NCBI GenBank assembly: GCA_039024555.1
Contig: JBCCQQ010000011.1
Location: 1 to 64,000, forward strand
Source: Cyanobacteria bacterium P01_D01_bin.156
Lineage (GTDB): Bacteria; Cyanobacteriota; Cyanobacteriia; Phormidesmidales; Phormidesmidaceae
Direction: 5' to 3'
Length of the DNA: 64,000 bases
The position numbers were made by a program, and so were the translations under genes. The notes under the pieces were generated by a model. The model was not told where the DNA came from. It searched no databases and saw only the letters and a program-made list of their open reading frames with translations. Positions 1 to 9,668 of the stretch are shown piece by piece. The stretch's first letter is position 1. Every line of letters starts with the position of its first letter.

Positions 1-357
1 GGTTCCTTTTTGGCACCGTTGCCACAAACACGTTCAGGCGTTGATGAGACTCGACCGAAACAAAATTGAGTATCATTTACGAGGGCTAAGAGCTATAGAA
101 GCTGTCCTAGATACGCTTTAGCTGTTGTGTCTCCCTTTCAGTCCTGCTTTACCTCACGTAAACTTATGGACGTTATTAAATCCTCATACCGTATAGCCTG
201 GGCCATTTCCTTACAATGCTCTTGCGTGGTGAAAAAGAAATGGCGTCGCCGCTGGCAGTTTCTATAGTTCTCTAGCCAGGCATCTGCTTGATAGACTCGG
301 AAGTTCTGTCAACATATAACCATGTCTCTCATCCAACTTCACTGGATTGTTGTCCCC

Positions 358-2280
358 CTAGACATTGCAAGCTGCAATGGTTTCCAATAGAGCCCAAGCT
401 GAGCGGCTGTCCAAAGGCTGAGAAAAGAAATAGCCCTGGCCATAGGTGCAACCAAGAGCAATTAGCCGTTCTGCCTGCCAGCGGGTTTCAATACCTTCAG
501 CCACTACCTCAAGATTAAGTACCTGGGCTAGGTGAACAATGGCTTCAACTATTTTGAGGTTGTCGTGATCGGACTGAATGTCTTTAATAAATGCCCGGTC
601 AATCTTAAGGGTATCCACCGGTAGCTGTTTAAGGTAGCTCAGGGACGAATAGCCAGTACCAAAGTCATCAATACTTACTTGAATTCCCCAGCGTCGTAAC
701 TGAGATAGGGTTTCTAGTATAGTTTGAGTATCGTCAATTAATAGGTTTTCAGTAATTTCAAACTTGAGCCAGGCGGGATCAACTCGGGTTTGTTGCATAA
801 CAGCATGAATCTGTTGGGTAAACTGCTCATCCCGCAGGTGGCGCACTGAAAAGTTAACACTGACAAACGGCATTTGCTCAGAGGGTAAAATCTGTGACCA
901 CTGATTTAGCTGTTCACAGACCCGACGAAAGACCCAGTTACCCAGCTGAGAAATTAGATCGCTCTCCTCCGCTAAAGGAATAAAATCAGCCGGGGATAGA
1001 AAATCAGAGGTTCCCTCCGGTTGCCAGCGCACCAACGCTTCGTATCCTGAAATTGAACAGGCCGCTGAATTCGATTCTAGGGCAACAATGGGCTGATAGA
1101 AGATTTGTAATTGTTGTTGACGTAGGGCTTGACGAAGCTTTCCTTCCAGGGTGAGTCGATGCAGCGCCTGTTCATGCATCTTAGGATGAAACAGACGCCA
1201 ACCACAGGTTTTTTGTTTGGCCTGCAGCAGTGCTAAAGAGGCATCTCTCAGTACATGTTCTGCTTGGCGGTATGTAGAACTGACTAATACGATGCCAACA
1301 TTGGCTCTCATGGTTACTTCATGATCGCCTATGTTAATCGGTTCTTCTAGACGATGTTGCAGATGTTTGACTAGAGAGGCAATTGTGGGAATCTCTCCAT
1401 GGGTATCCGCCATTAGGGGCAACAGAATCGCAAACTTATCGTCTGCCAGTCTGGCAGTTACACTTTTATCAGGTACCAAAGTAGTAATTCGATTTGCCAC
1501 TTCAATCAGTACCTGATCTCCACAGAGATGTCCTAGGGTATCGTTAATGTTTTTAAAGCGATCGCAATCTAACATCAAGAGTGCAGATCCCTGATGAGAC
1601 TCCGACTTTTCCGATTCAAAAAGATCTTCTAAACTCTTTATCAACAGTGTCCGATTAGGCAATCCCGTCAGTGAATCGTACATTGCCAAATGCATGAGCC
1701 GAGTTTGAGCCAACCGACGTTCTCGCATCTCTTGTTGCAAGTTGTGATTTGCATCCTTGAGTGCTTTCGTGCGTTCTAATACTCGCCGTTCTAACTCTTG
1801 ATTAATCTGGTAAACCTGTGTCTCCGATACCTCATACTGTCGTAGTATGATGCGCAGTTTTTGATTCTGCGCCTTTAAATGTTGCCTCAAGGTGCGCAGT
1901 TCCAACTGATGCTCAATACGGGCAAGCACTTCAGCCATTTGGAACGGCTTAGTAATATAGTCCACAGCTCCCAATTCAAACGCCCGCAGCTTACTGGGCA
2001 CTTCAGAGAAGGCACTCATGAAGATAATGGGAATATCCGCTGTCAATGTGTTCCGATGCAGCTGACGACAAACGGAAAACCCGTCGAGTGCCGGCATTTG
2101 GATGTCGAGCAAAATCAGATCGGGAAGACTTGTGGCAACATCCATAATAGCCACAGTCCCATCATGGGCATTGCGCACATCGTATCCAGCCTGTTCTAGC
2201 TCTCTAGACAGAAACCTTAGATTGCTAGGGGCATCATCAACAACTAAAATTTTGGCGGGGCTAGGAGCTTTCTGAACCAC
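358..2280 (-). CDS. Response regulator with degenerate GGDEF and EAL domains (probable c-di-GMP phosphodiesterase)
   Basis: REC (ILVVDD, PDLILLDIQMP, DYITKPF), coiled-coil linker, DSLTGLPNR, GGDEF position reads ADDKF, EAL (YEALVRW, DDFGTGYSS). Confidence 0.92.
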   Translation of the reverse strand: MVQKAPSPAKILVVDDAPSNLRFLSRELEQAGYDVRNAHDGTVAIMDVATSLPDLILLDIQMPALDGFSVCRQLHRNTLTADIPIIFMSAFSEVPSKLRAFELGAVDYITKPFQMAEVLARIEHQLELRTLRQHLKAQNQKLRIILRQYEVSETQVYQINQELERRVLERTKALKDANHNLQQEMRERRLAQTRLMHLAMYDSLTGLPNRTLLIKSLEDLFESEKSESHQGSALLMLDCDRFKNINDTLGHLCGDQVLIEVANRITTLVPDKSVTARLADDKFAILLPLMADTHGEIPTIASLVKHLQHRLEEPINIGDHEVTMRANVGIVLVSSTYRQAEHVLRDASLALLQAKQKTCGWRLFHPKMHEQALHRLTLEGKLRQALRQQQLQIFYQPIVALESNSAACSISGYEALVRWQPEGTSDFLSPADFIPLAEESDLISQLGNWVFRRVCEQLNQWSQILPSEQMPFVSVNFSVRHLRDEQFTQQIHAVMQQTRVDPAWLKFEITENLLIDDTQTILETLSQLRRWGIQVSIDDFGTGYSSLSYLKQLPVDTLKIDRAFIKDIQSDHDNLKIVEAIVHLAQVLNLEVVAEGIETRWQAERLIALGCTYGQGYFFSQPLDSRSAWALLETIAACNV

Positions 2281-2437
2281 AGTGGTTTAAGGAATATCTG
2301 GACTTTTATAAATATGTATAAATGGGATAACACCGCTCTGTTGTTTATTGTTATCCATTCGGTTAAGGATTCCAAGCAGAACCCAAAAGAGTTATGTAGA
2401 ATTTATAACAGTCGCCATGGACTCATCGTAAATTCAC

Positions 2438-3388
2438 TTAGGTGTATGCCTCTGCTGCTGGGAGTTTAATCACGATTACAGCGGATTGATCTGCCACAGG
2501 CAAGATCAGTTCTCCTTTAAGAGATTTAACCATTTCTTTAGCAATTGACAGGGTCAATTCTGTGGAAAGATAAACTGACGCAAGATTGCTTAAATCTACT
2601 TCACGCCCATACAGAGAAGTATCTAATCGAATGTTTAAATCACTAACCGGGCGATCGGCTGTCAAGGTCAGCTGCACGTAGTCGCCATCAGTAACAGCAT
2701 CTAGTGTAATCTCCCCCAACTGGGTGGCTGTAATCGCATCATCAATGAGACTCAAAAGCATCATTCGTAGCCACTTAAGGTCGGTAGCGACAATCAGGTC
2801 AGTGGGCTTAAAAACAAGTCGTAGATTGTGATTAGCGGCCTGTAGATGGGTGAGTTCCTGTAATGTTTCGAACAGGGTGGACAGGGCTACAGGCTCTAGG
2901 ATGGGAACCTCACGACCAATATCGAGCTTGGATGTGGCAATAATCGTGTCAAACAGCTGTAAAACTTTATAAGAGGCTTCCTTCGCTTCACCAACAAATT
3001 GTTTTTCTTCTTCCGGATTTTCACACAGCCCCTCTAAAATCAACTGGTGGAGACCAATAATACTGTTGATGGGCGATCTCAACTCGTGGGCGGTTCGGGC
3101 CAAAAAACCACTCTTAAATCGCTCTAACTGGCTCAGACGCTCATAGGCAAGGCCCTGAGGATTCTCTGGCGGCACACCTGCAACAACTTTTGAGGGGTTT
3201 GCCCCCCCATCACCTAAGAGATTAGGGGTATCAATTGTTGCCCCTATCTCATCAGTGTTACTGACAAATGCTTTGGATCGCGGGGACTTAGCCATACCCC
3301 CAACGATTCGCGGTTTCTGAACCAGCCGCGATGTGACTGTGCCTAAAACAAAGCCACCGCTGGTTAACAATATCGCTTGCCAGTTCAT
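2438..3388 (-). CDS. Membrane-anchored HisKA protein with degenerate HATPase (probable pseudo-histidine kinase)
   Basis: N-terminal hydrophobic segment; H-box AHELRSPINSIIG; N-box reads LSLIDDAI; no DxGxG or GxGLG recognisable. Confidence 0.75.
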   Translation of the reverse strand: MNWQAILLTSGGFVLGTVTSRLVQKPRIVGGMAKSPRSKAFVSNTDEIGATIDTPNLLGDGGANPSKVVAGVPPENPQGLAYERLSQLERFKSGFLARTAHELRSPINSIIGLHQLILEGLCENPEEEKQFVGEAKEASYKVLQLFDTIIATSKLDIGREVPILEPVALSTLFETLQELTHLQAANHNLRLVFKPTDLIVATDLKWLRMMLLSLIDDAITATQLGEITLDAVTDGDYVQLTLTADRPVSDLNIRLDTSLYGREVDLSNLASVYLSTELTLSIAKEMVKSLKGELILPVADQSAVIVIKLPAAEAYT

Positions 3389-3454
3389 AAGAGATTTGTA
3401 TATGTACTTTGGTTTATAAGATAGTCACGGAAAACTATTCCCACTACTTATACT

Positions 3455-4060
3455 TTACAAATGTACAGTTCCCTGACGTAAAATCTCCCAGCCATGGGGC
3501 TGCCAACGAGCTACGGTAGATGGTGATCCAGACGGAACTAGTGATTTCTCTGGGAAATTACCGAGCTCCAAAAACATTTTCAACGCTTTCTCCGTAAATC
3601 CATAAACTTGTGGAAATTGGGTCAAAACTTCATCAAGACTCATTAAATTGGGTTGGCCAGATATATTGGCACTGGTAGTGGCTAAAGGCCCCGTCAAGGC
3701 TAAAATCTGTCGTGCTACTGGGTGATCTGGAACTCGTACCCCGATGGTTTCAGGCGTTTGAGGATGCATCCCTAGGGGCACCCGGTCACTGGCCGGTACC
3801 ACTAAGGTGAGCTGCCCTGGCCAGTAGCGCGTTGTTACAGACTGCCACTGAGCCTTATCCATCACCACATAGGGCCATAGATCAGCAGCGGTTGCTCCCA
3901 TCAGAATTAAGGATTTCTCTAGACTGCGTTGCTTCAACGCATAAAGTTTAGAACTGTGCTCAGGGACGACTGCCACCCCCCAAACCGTGTCCGTCGGTAA
4001 AGCAACAACGTGGCCAGTCCGCGCTGCTTCAACATAGGCTTGATCGGAAACACAGGGCAT
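3455..4060 (-). CDS. tsaC: L-threonylcarbamoyladenylate synthase (Sua5/YrdC family)
   Basis: ALPTDTVWG, LKQR, WPGQLTLV, GVRVPDH, ATTSANISG; start placed at ATG 4060 behind an AAAGGAG RBS (ORF track extends to 4117). Confidence 0.9.
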   Translation of the reverse strand: MPCVSDQAYVEAARTGHVVALPTDTVWGVAVVPEHSSKLYALKQRSLEKSLILMGATAADLWPYVVMDKAQWQSVTTRYWPGQLTLVVPASDRVPLGMHPQTPETIGVRVPDHPVARQILALTGPLATTSANISGQPNLMSLDEVLTQFPQVYGFTEKALKMFLELGNFPEKSLVPSGSPSTVARWQPHGWEILRQGTVHL

Positions 4061-4073
4061 TGCCAATTCTCCT

Positions 4074-4991
4074 TTAGGCAGGACGATACTGCTGTAGGGC
4101 CTGGCGAAGATTGCCATCGTACTTATCCAGGGCCTGCCGAGCAGTTTTTTGATCTAGACTGGCCCAGTGCATCAACAGGGCCAACTTTACGTTTTGATCG
4201 CTCTGACTCAACAGAGTATCTGCGGCTTCTCGCGATAGCTCCGTTAGGGCAGAAATAATCCGCAGAGCTCGGTCATGCAGTTTGGTATTGGTTACGGAAA
4301 CGTCCACCATACGATTGCCGTAGACCTTGCCTAGCTTGACCATCACTCCGGTGGACAGAATGTTTAAAGCCATTTTGGTGACGGTACCAGCCTTGAGTCG
4401 CGTGGACCCAGCTAACACCTCTGGCCCGACCGGTAATCGCAGATCGACATCGACATCGATGGCCACCTGCTCGACGGGGACACAGGTGATAAAGATAGTT
4501 GTTGCCTGACGTAAATTTGCCTCCTGCAGAGCGCCGTGGACATAGGGCGTGGTCCCTCCTGCGGTAATGCCGACTACCACATCTAGAGCTGACACTTGGT
4601 GAGTTGCCATGGCGGTGGCCCCGTCCGCCGGTAAATCTTCTAGGGCTTCTGAACTGCGTAAGAGGGCAGGGGGTCCCCCCGCTAAAATCCCTTGCACAAG
4701 TTCGGGAGGGGTACAAAATGTGGGCGGACATTCTGCGGCATCTAATACCCCCAATCGACCACTGGTGCCCGCACCGATATAAAAGAGGCGGCCCCCCTGG
4801 CGCAGGGCCTCAGCCGTACGGTCAATGGCCTCAGCTAAGAGCGGGGCGGTGGCTGCGATCGCATCTATCGTCCGCTGATCCTCTTGATTAAACACCTTGA
4901 CCATATCCAGAGTGGATAGCTGGTCTAGGTTTTGACTGTGGGGATTAATCTGCTCAGTGAGCAGATACCCCCGATTATTGGGGCTGTTCAT
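4074..4991 (-). CDS. murQ: N-acetylmuramic acid 6-phosphate etherase
   Basis: LTEQINP, GAGTSGRLGVLDAAECPPTF, GSTRLKAGT, GKVYGNRMVDV. Confidence 0.97.
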   Translation of the reverse strand: MNSPNNRGYLLTEQINPHSQNLDQLSTLDMVKVFNQEDQRTIDAIAATAPLLAEAIDRTAEALRQGGRLFYIGAGTSGRLGVLDAAECPPTFCTPPELVQGILAGGPPALLRSSEALEDLPADGATAMATHQVSALDVVVGITAGGTTPYVHGALQEANLRQATTIFITCVPVEQVAIDVDVDLRLPVGPEVLAGSTRLKAGTVTKMALNILSTGVMVKLGKVYGNRMVDVSVTNTKLHDRALRIISALTELSREAADTLLSQSDQNVKLALLMHWASLDQKTARQALDKYDGNLRQALQQYRPA

Positions 4992-5392
4992 AGAAGATTC
5001 TCTAACTGTTGACGAATGCGATCCAATTCCTTTTGGGACATATCCTGGGCCGAAGAGGCTGAATCAATGGTCTCGGGTAGGTCCTCTGGACGAGTATCTG
5101 GGTCCCAGTCTGTCGCTTCTAAATTTTGTTCTGGAGGCATCACCAGGGTACCGGTTTCCACCATTTTGGCTTCGTAGCCCGCACCGCGACAAAACTCCTC
5201 AATTTCCTCTGATTCAAAGCCTTCTACGCTACAGGATGGGAAGTCCTGGGCCTCTAATAATCCACCAAATCGGGTGGCATCATCTTCATTTTCAAACATC
5301 AGCACGATGTTGCGATCGCCCACCTTGAGGGAATGGATGCCCTCATTTTCCGTACGGGCATTGAATAAAACCACATAAACACGCATGGCCAT
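4988..5392 (-). CDS. DUF3110 family cyanobacterial protein
   Basis: VLFNARTENEGIHSL, MFENEDDATRFGGLLEAQDFP, C-terminal ELDRIRQQLENLL; 4-nt overlap with murQ. Confidence 0.85.
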   Translation of the reverse strand: MAMRVYVVLFNARTENEGIHSLKVGDRNIVLMFENEDDATRFGGLLEAQDFPSCSVEGFESEEIEEFCRGAGYEAKMVETGTLVMPPEQNLEATDWDPDTRPEDLPETIDSASSAQDMSQKELDRIRQQLENLL

Positions 5393-5744
5393 TTTCGAGC
5401 TGTAGAAGGTTTGCTAGCTACGGCAATTTGCAAAATCAGCAAATTGCACCGCCCATAGCCGTTGTCTAACGGGCTCTCAACGATTACCCTCGACACCAAC
5501 TAACGGAGGCAAAGCTTATATTATCAGCCCTCTAAATTCTGCCCCACAAAGTCACCCCCACCCCAGGCGTATCGACTCATTCCAAATCCCCCGAACTGCC
5601 TCTATCGACGGGCTAGTTTTTGCTCGTTTCCGTAGCACCCAGCGAATGAAAAATAAATGTTACATCTGTTCTATCGGTAACCACGTAGACAGACGATGGA
5701 AAAGTCAAAGCTTTTCACTAGGATTTAAGCTACACACTACTGTT

Positions 5745-7130
5745 ATGTCTGACCAATCGGGGAATATTTCACAGCCATCGGGGCTAGCGGGGAGCATTGC
5801 TAAGTTTTTTCACTTCGATGCTCTAGGTACGGACTTATCTACAGAGTTATTGGCTGGGGCGACCACGTTTGTCACCATGGCCTATATTCTGATTGTCAAT
5901 CCGGCGATTTTGTCGGAAGCGATTTTTCTGAATGAGTCCGGCGACTTATTTAGTGAGCTGGTCATGGCTACCGGAGTTTCAGCCGCCATCGCCACTCTGA
6001 TTATGGGACTCTATGCCAAGCTCCCCTTTGCCCTAGCGCCGGGAATGGGCATTAATGCCTTCTTTGCCTTTAGCGTTGTTCTGGGTATGGGTGTGGACTG
6101 GCGGATCGCTCTAGCAGCGGTCTTTATTGAGGGAATCATTTTTATTATTCTCACCCTCACCAATGTGCGCAGCAAAATTGTTGCCGCCATTCCCGATGCC
6201 GTTAAACATGCAACAACGGCAGGTATTGGTCTGTTTATTGCCTACATTGCCCTGAAAGGGGCCGGGATTATTGCCGCCTCTGAAGCCACCTTTACCACCC
6301 TGGGCGATCTGCGCTCACCCCAGGCGGCTATGACCCTACTGGGTCTGGGCATCACTGCATTTTTGTTTGCTCGCCGCGTCACAGGTGCACTGCTGTGGGG
6401 CATCTTAGGCACGGCTTTGTTAGCCTGGGTATTTGGGGTTGCCCCCTGGCCCGAAGGGATTGTTGCCCTGCCTACGGCCCCCACCCATCTATTTGGTCAG
6501 GCCTTTGTGGGTCTGGGGGAGCTATTTAAGCTCAATTTCCTACAGATGGTGAGCATTATCTTTGTATTTTTGTTTGTCGATCTGTTTGACACCATTGGTA
6601 CTTTAACGGGGTTAGGGGCTAAGGCAGGCTATATCAACAGCGATGGTAAGTTTCCCGGTGTTGAAAAAGCGTTTATGGCCGATGCCGTGGGGACCACCGC
6701 AGGCTCCATCCTGGGTACCTCGACAGTGACAACCTACATCGAATCAGCCTCTGGTATTTCCGAAGGGGGACGTAGCGGATTTACGGCGGTTGTGGCGGCT
6801 GTTCTCTTTTTTCTGGGGTCTATCCTGCTAATTCCGTTATTCTCTGGCATTCCGGCCTTTGCGACCGCCCCTGCGCTGATTATGGTGGGCGTACTGATGA
6901 TGTCCGGTGCTCGCTCTATCGATTGGGACGATCCGGCGGCTGCGATCGCAGCATTTCTCACCATCATCATGATGCCCCTGTCTTATTCCATCGCCGAAGG
7001 TCTAGCCATGGGATTAATCGCCTATCCCTTAGTTAAAGCCTTCCAAGGCAAGGCTAACGAAACAACTATCGGCATGTGGATTTTAGCGGCCATCTTTATC
7101 CTGCGCTACATCTTTGTCGCAGGCGGATAA
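5745..7130 (+). CDS. NCS2/AzgA family nucleobase (purine) permease
   Basis: AGATTFVTMAYI, ALAPGMGINAFF, DLFDTIGTL, TYIESASG, GGRSGFTA; many TM segments; likely start ATG 5745 (ORF track from 5646). Confidence 0.93.
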   Translation: MSDQSGNISQPSGLAGSIAKFFHFDALGTDLSTELLAGATTFVTMAYILIVNPAILSEAIFLNESGDLFSELVMATGVSAAIATLIMGLYAKLPFALAPGMGINAFFAFSVVLGMGVDWRIALAAVFIEGIIFIILTLTNVRSKIVAAIPDAVKHATTAGIGLFIAYIALKGAGIIAASEATFTTLGDLRSPQAAMTLLGLGITAFLFARRVTGALLWGILGTALLAWVFGVAPWPEGIVALPTAPTHLFGQAFVGLGELFKLNFLQMVSIIFVFLFVDLFDTIGTLTGLGAKAGYINSDGKFPGVEKAFMADAVGTTAGSILGTSTVTTYIESASGISEGGRSGFTAVVAAVLFFLGSILLIPLFSGIPAFATAPALIMVGVLMMSGARSIDWDDPAAAIAAFLTIIMMPLSYSIAEGLAMGLIAYPLVKAFQGKANETTIGMWILAAIFILRYIFVAGG

Positions 7131-7287
7131 AGAGCTTTAAATGGCTTACCTTAAGAAGACACGCTGTAAACTCGGCTCACCGCCGATTTAGGGAATGGGC
7201 CAGGCCCGTAAGGCTACTATCTAATGCTGATAGGTAAGGCCATCCTGAGCAGCCACGTCCGGCGATTCAATAGTCAAGAGGTTTTCC

Positions 7288-8301
7288 ATGCGCGGTTGGC
7301 AGATGGTCTTATCTGGAATACTTGCCCTTACCTGTGGTTTTAGTACCCTAGGCTGTAGTAGTACCGTAGAGGCCACTGTCTCACCGCGCATTACCTTTGC
7401 GGGTGAACCACCGAGCTGGGCAGAGTCCGCCAGTGACGTCATGGCTGAGCTAGAACAATGGCGAGGACTACCCTTCAAAAACGATTTAGAAGTCACCTTC
7501 GCACCTCAAGATAATCCTCGTCTCAACGGCTGGTACAACTCTGAAACAAAACAGCTGGTCGTAACCACAGGCGGGTCTGATGAGCTAGGACGGGGGGTCA
7601 TGCTCCACGAAATGTTCCATGCCCTCCAAGATCAGCATTTTGATCTCTACAACCTTCATCTCGAAACCCAAGAGAATTCGGACTACGACAAAGCCGTCAC
7701 CGCCATCATCGAAGGAGAAGCGATGCTAGCGGTCAGCGAGCTTCTGAACTACGATTTTCTGGCCCACGCCAAGCTGCCGGCAGAGGGGGAGATTAGCGAA
7801 CAACGGTTTGAAAATATCTTTCTCTACGGTGCCGGACTAAAATTTATCAAAGCCATACGCGACGAAGGCGGCTGGGAAGCGGTGTCCCAAGTTTTTACCG
7901 ACCCTCCCCAGGCCAGCACTCTGATTTTGAATCCGCAGCGCTACTTGGCTGGAGAACGCACTGTTTCCCCATTAGAAATCCCCCTTGGAACCAATGAAAC
8001 GTTAGCTGGTAAGACTATCCAGGGAGAATATGCCATCCGGCTGTTGCTCGCACGCCAGCCAGAAACACGGTCCCTAATGAACAACCTAGATGGCGTTTAC
8101 CAAAGCGACACTTTGGGTGTGATTAATACTGATAATAAGACTCTCCATCGCTGGCTCATTCAGCTAAACCAGTCTAACAACATTAATGCACTGGCAACAG
8201 CCCTCAAGACGGCATTAAAAGATACCTTTGAGGCAGAGCTTTCCGTAGAAATAGAGCAAACGACTATTACGCTTCAATGGTCAGTCAACGATTTTAATTA
8301 A
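7288..8301 (+). CDS. Putative lipoprotein zinc metallopeptidase
   Basis: Signal peptide with lipobox-like TLGC; HEMFHALQDQHF (HEXXH) and downstream EGEA. Confidence 0.65.
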   Translation: MRGWQMVLSGILALTCGFSTLGCSSTVEATVSPRITFAGEPPSWAESASDVMAELEQWRGLPFKNDLEVTFAPQDNPRLNGWYNSETKQLVVTTGGSDELGRGVMLHEMFHALQDQHFDLYNLHLETQENSDYDKAVTAIIEGEAMLAVSELLNYDFLAHAKLPAEGEISEQRFENIFLYGAGLKFIKAIRDEGGWEAVSQVFTDPPQASTLILNPQRYLAGERTVSPLEIPLGTNETLAGKTIQGEYAIRLLLARQPETRSLMNNLDGVYQSDTLGVINTDNKTLHRWLIQLNQSNNINALATALKTALKDTFEAELSVEIEQTTITLQWSVNDFN

Positions 8302-8348
8302 CTTTCCAATAGCAAAAGTCTCCTTTTCTCAATTCTAGAAGAGATAAC

Positions 8349-8385
8349 ATCGCTGTTACTGATTGGGATCTACAGCAACAGCGAT
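8349..8385. terminator. Hairpin between convergent genes (possible bidirectional terminator)
   Basis: ATCGCTGTTACTG...CAGCAACAGCGAT near-perfect stem. Confidence 0.5.
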
Positions 8386-8392
8386 TGCCCTG

Positions 8393-8833
8393 TTAGCAAA
8401 AAGTAGCCACCGGTTCTCGTTCACATCGAACAATCAGCGTGCGCCCTTCATGGCCATGGACTTGCTTAACCATGGCAACGCTGGGATACCAAAATGTGGA
8501 GCCTTGGGCATCTAGCCAGTGGAGAACAGTCCAGTGGTCAAACTCAAACCCAACAGCTACGACACCAGTTCCACTAATGCCGCTCCAGTCTTCATTGCGC
8601 TGGAGATAAAAGGTTCTGGCACAACCAATGGCCGTCAAGGGAGCCGGTATTTGTCTCACGGTTCGCCCTGGGCGTTTATCCTGCATAGCTTTGAATACAT
8701 CAAAGCTAGGAAATACACCGTGACTATGACAGTGGCCATGCCAGCTAAGGGCAAATTGACCAGACGGCAACTTTACCCCTGAAGCGATGGGGTCTACATT
8801 CTGACAAACCTGAAAATAATCTAGATGCTGCAT
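8393..8833 (-). CDS. Hypothetical protein with two degenerate internal repeats
   Basis: Open frame from ATG 8833; C-half RTFYLQRNEDWSGISGTGVVAVG...VHGHEGRT; N-half aligns loosely with it. Confidence 0.65.
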   Translation of the reverse strand: MQHLDYFQVCQNVDPIASGVKLPSGQFALSWHGHCHSHGVFPSFDVFKAMQDKRPGRTVRQIPAPLTAIGCARTFYLQRNEDWSGISGTGVVAVGFEFDHWTVLHWLDAQGSTFWYPSVAMVKQVHGHEGRTLIVRCEREPVATFC

Positions 8834-9027
8834 AAATAGTGCACTCCAAATGACACGTGATGGGGATAAGTACAAAGGGGTTAGACCCATCACTCGCCAC
8901 AAGATGCCCAGACAAGGGTATTACGTATCAACTTTGCTTGATGGTCGTTTACATCATTAAGAAGATGCTGTGATCTTGCATATCTTGGCTGATCGGTGCG
9001 TAATTCACAATCAACAAACTGAACGGG

Positions 9028-9111
9028 AATCACTAATGCAACGCTGGCGCTGGGTAACGCGGCTAATGCAGCCATCATGGCAAAAAGCGTAGCTATTTCG
9101 ATCAGGCCCAT
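9028..9111 (-). pseudogene. 5' remnant of a LysE-family translocator
   Basis: MGLIEIATLFAMMAALAALPSASVALVI resembles a LysE/RhtB first TM helix with the PS/PG motif; then turns into non-hydrophobic unrelated sequence. Confidence 0.55.
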
Positions 9112-9267
9112 TTCAAAGAAATCCCCTAAATCAGTAATGGCACATGCAATTCTTAAGATTATGTGAGAATTTTACAGTGCCAGTTATAAAACCCACATTG
9201 TCAAAAAAATCTCATACTCAATGAGTGTTAAGACACGTGGATACAAGCCGCACGATAGGACGATAAC

Positions 9268-9311
9268 TGTAGTTTGTTGTACAGTAAATTCTTGCTCTTC
9301 ACCGATAAGCT
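9268..9311 (+). promoter_or_regulatory. NtcA-activated promoter upstream of glnN
   Basis: TGTA-gtttgttg-TACA (GTA-N8-TAC, 9269-9282) then TAAGCT (TAN3T) at 9306-9311, 23 nt downstream. Confidence 0.85.
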
Positions 9312-9668
9312 GCTGCCTATCAAGCATTATTCACAAATGTAATTACTCCGATGCTTGAGGCGTTGCTAATTGGCAGGGATACATTACATTTGCTCTAAGG
9401 TTGTGACCATATCATTTGTGATATTGAAGTTTATGACTTCGGAGTTCCTTGTACAGATTCCTGGCTTTAGTAGCGCCATTTTTATTTACAAAAGTATTTT
9501 ATTAGCACGAAAGAGAGTGCCGTTTATAGCAATTTACTCAATGATTCTCATTGGTTAATTCAAGGTTGCGTTATATTGCCGTTACATAATTTCTATTTGG
9601 TATAGTTGCTATCTATTTCTAGCGTCCTTGTTCAGTACCATCAAGCGGTTGGTCCCCAAGGAAAAGTT

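Noticed and set aside
1..76. Possible minus-strand gene start (MILNFVSVESHQRLNVFV...) running off the window
   Set aside because: Too short to support a call
5650..5745. Purine riboswitch or NtcA box upstream of the NCS2 permease
   Set aside because: No purine-riboswitch core recognised; the GTTAC...GTAAC dyad does not fit GTA-N8-TAC
9370..9558. 62-aa ORF in the glnN leader
   Set aside because: TTG start, no clear RBS and no motif; cannot be supported as a leader peptide
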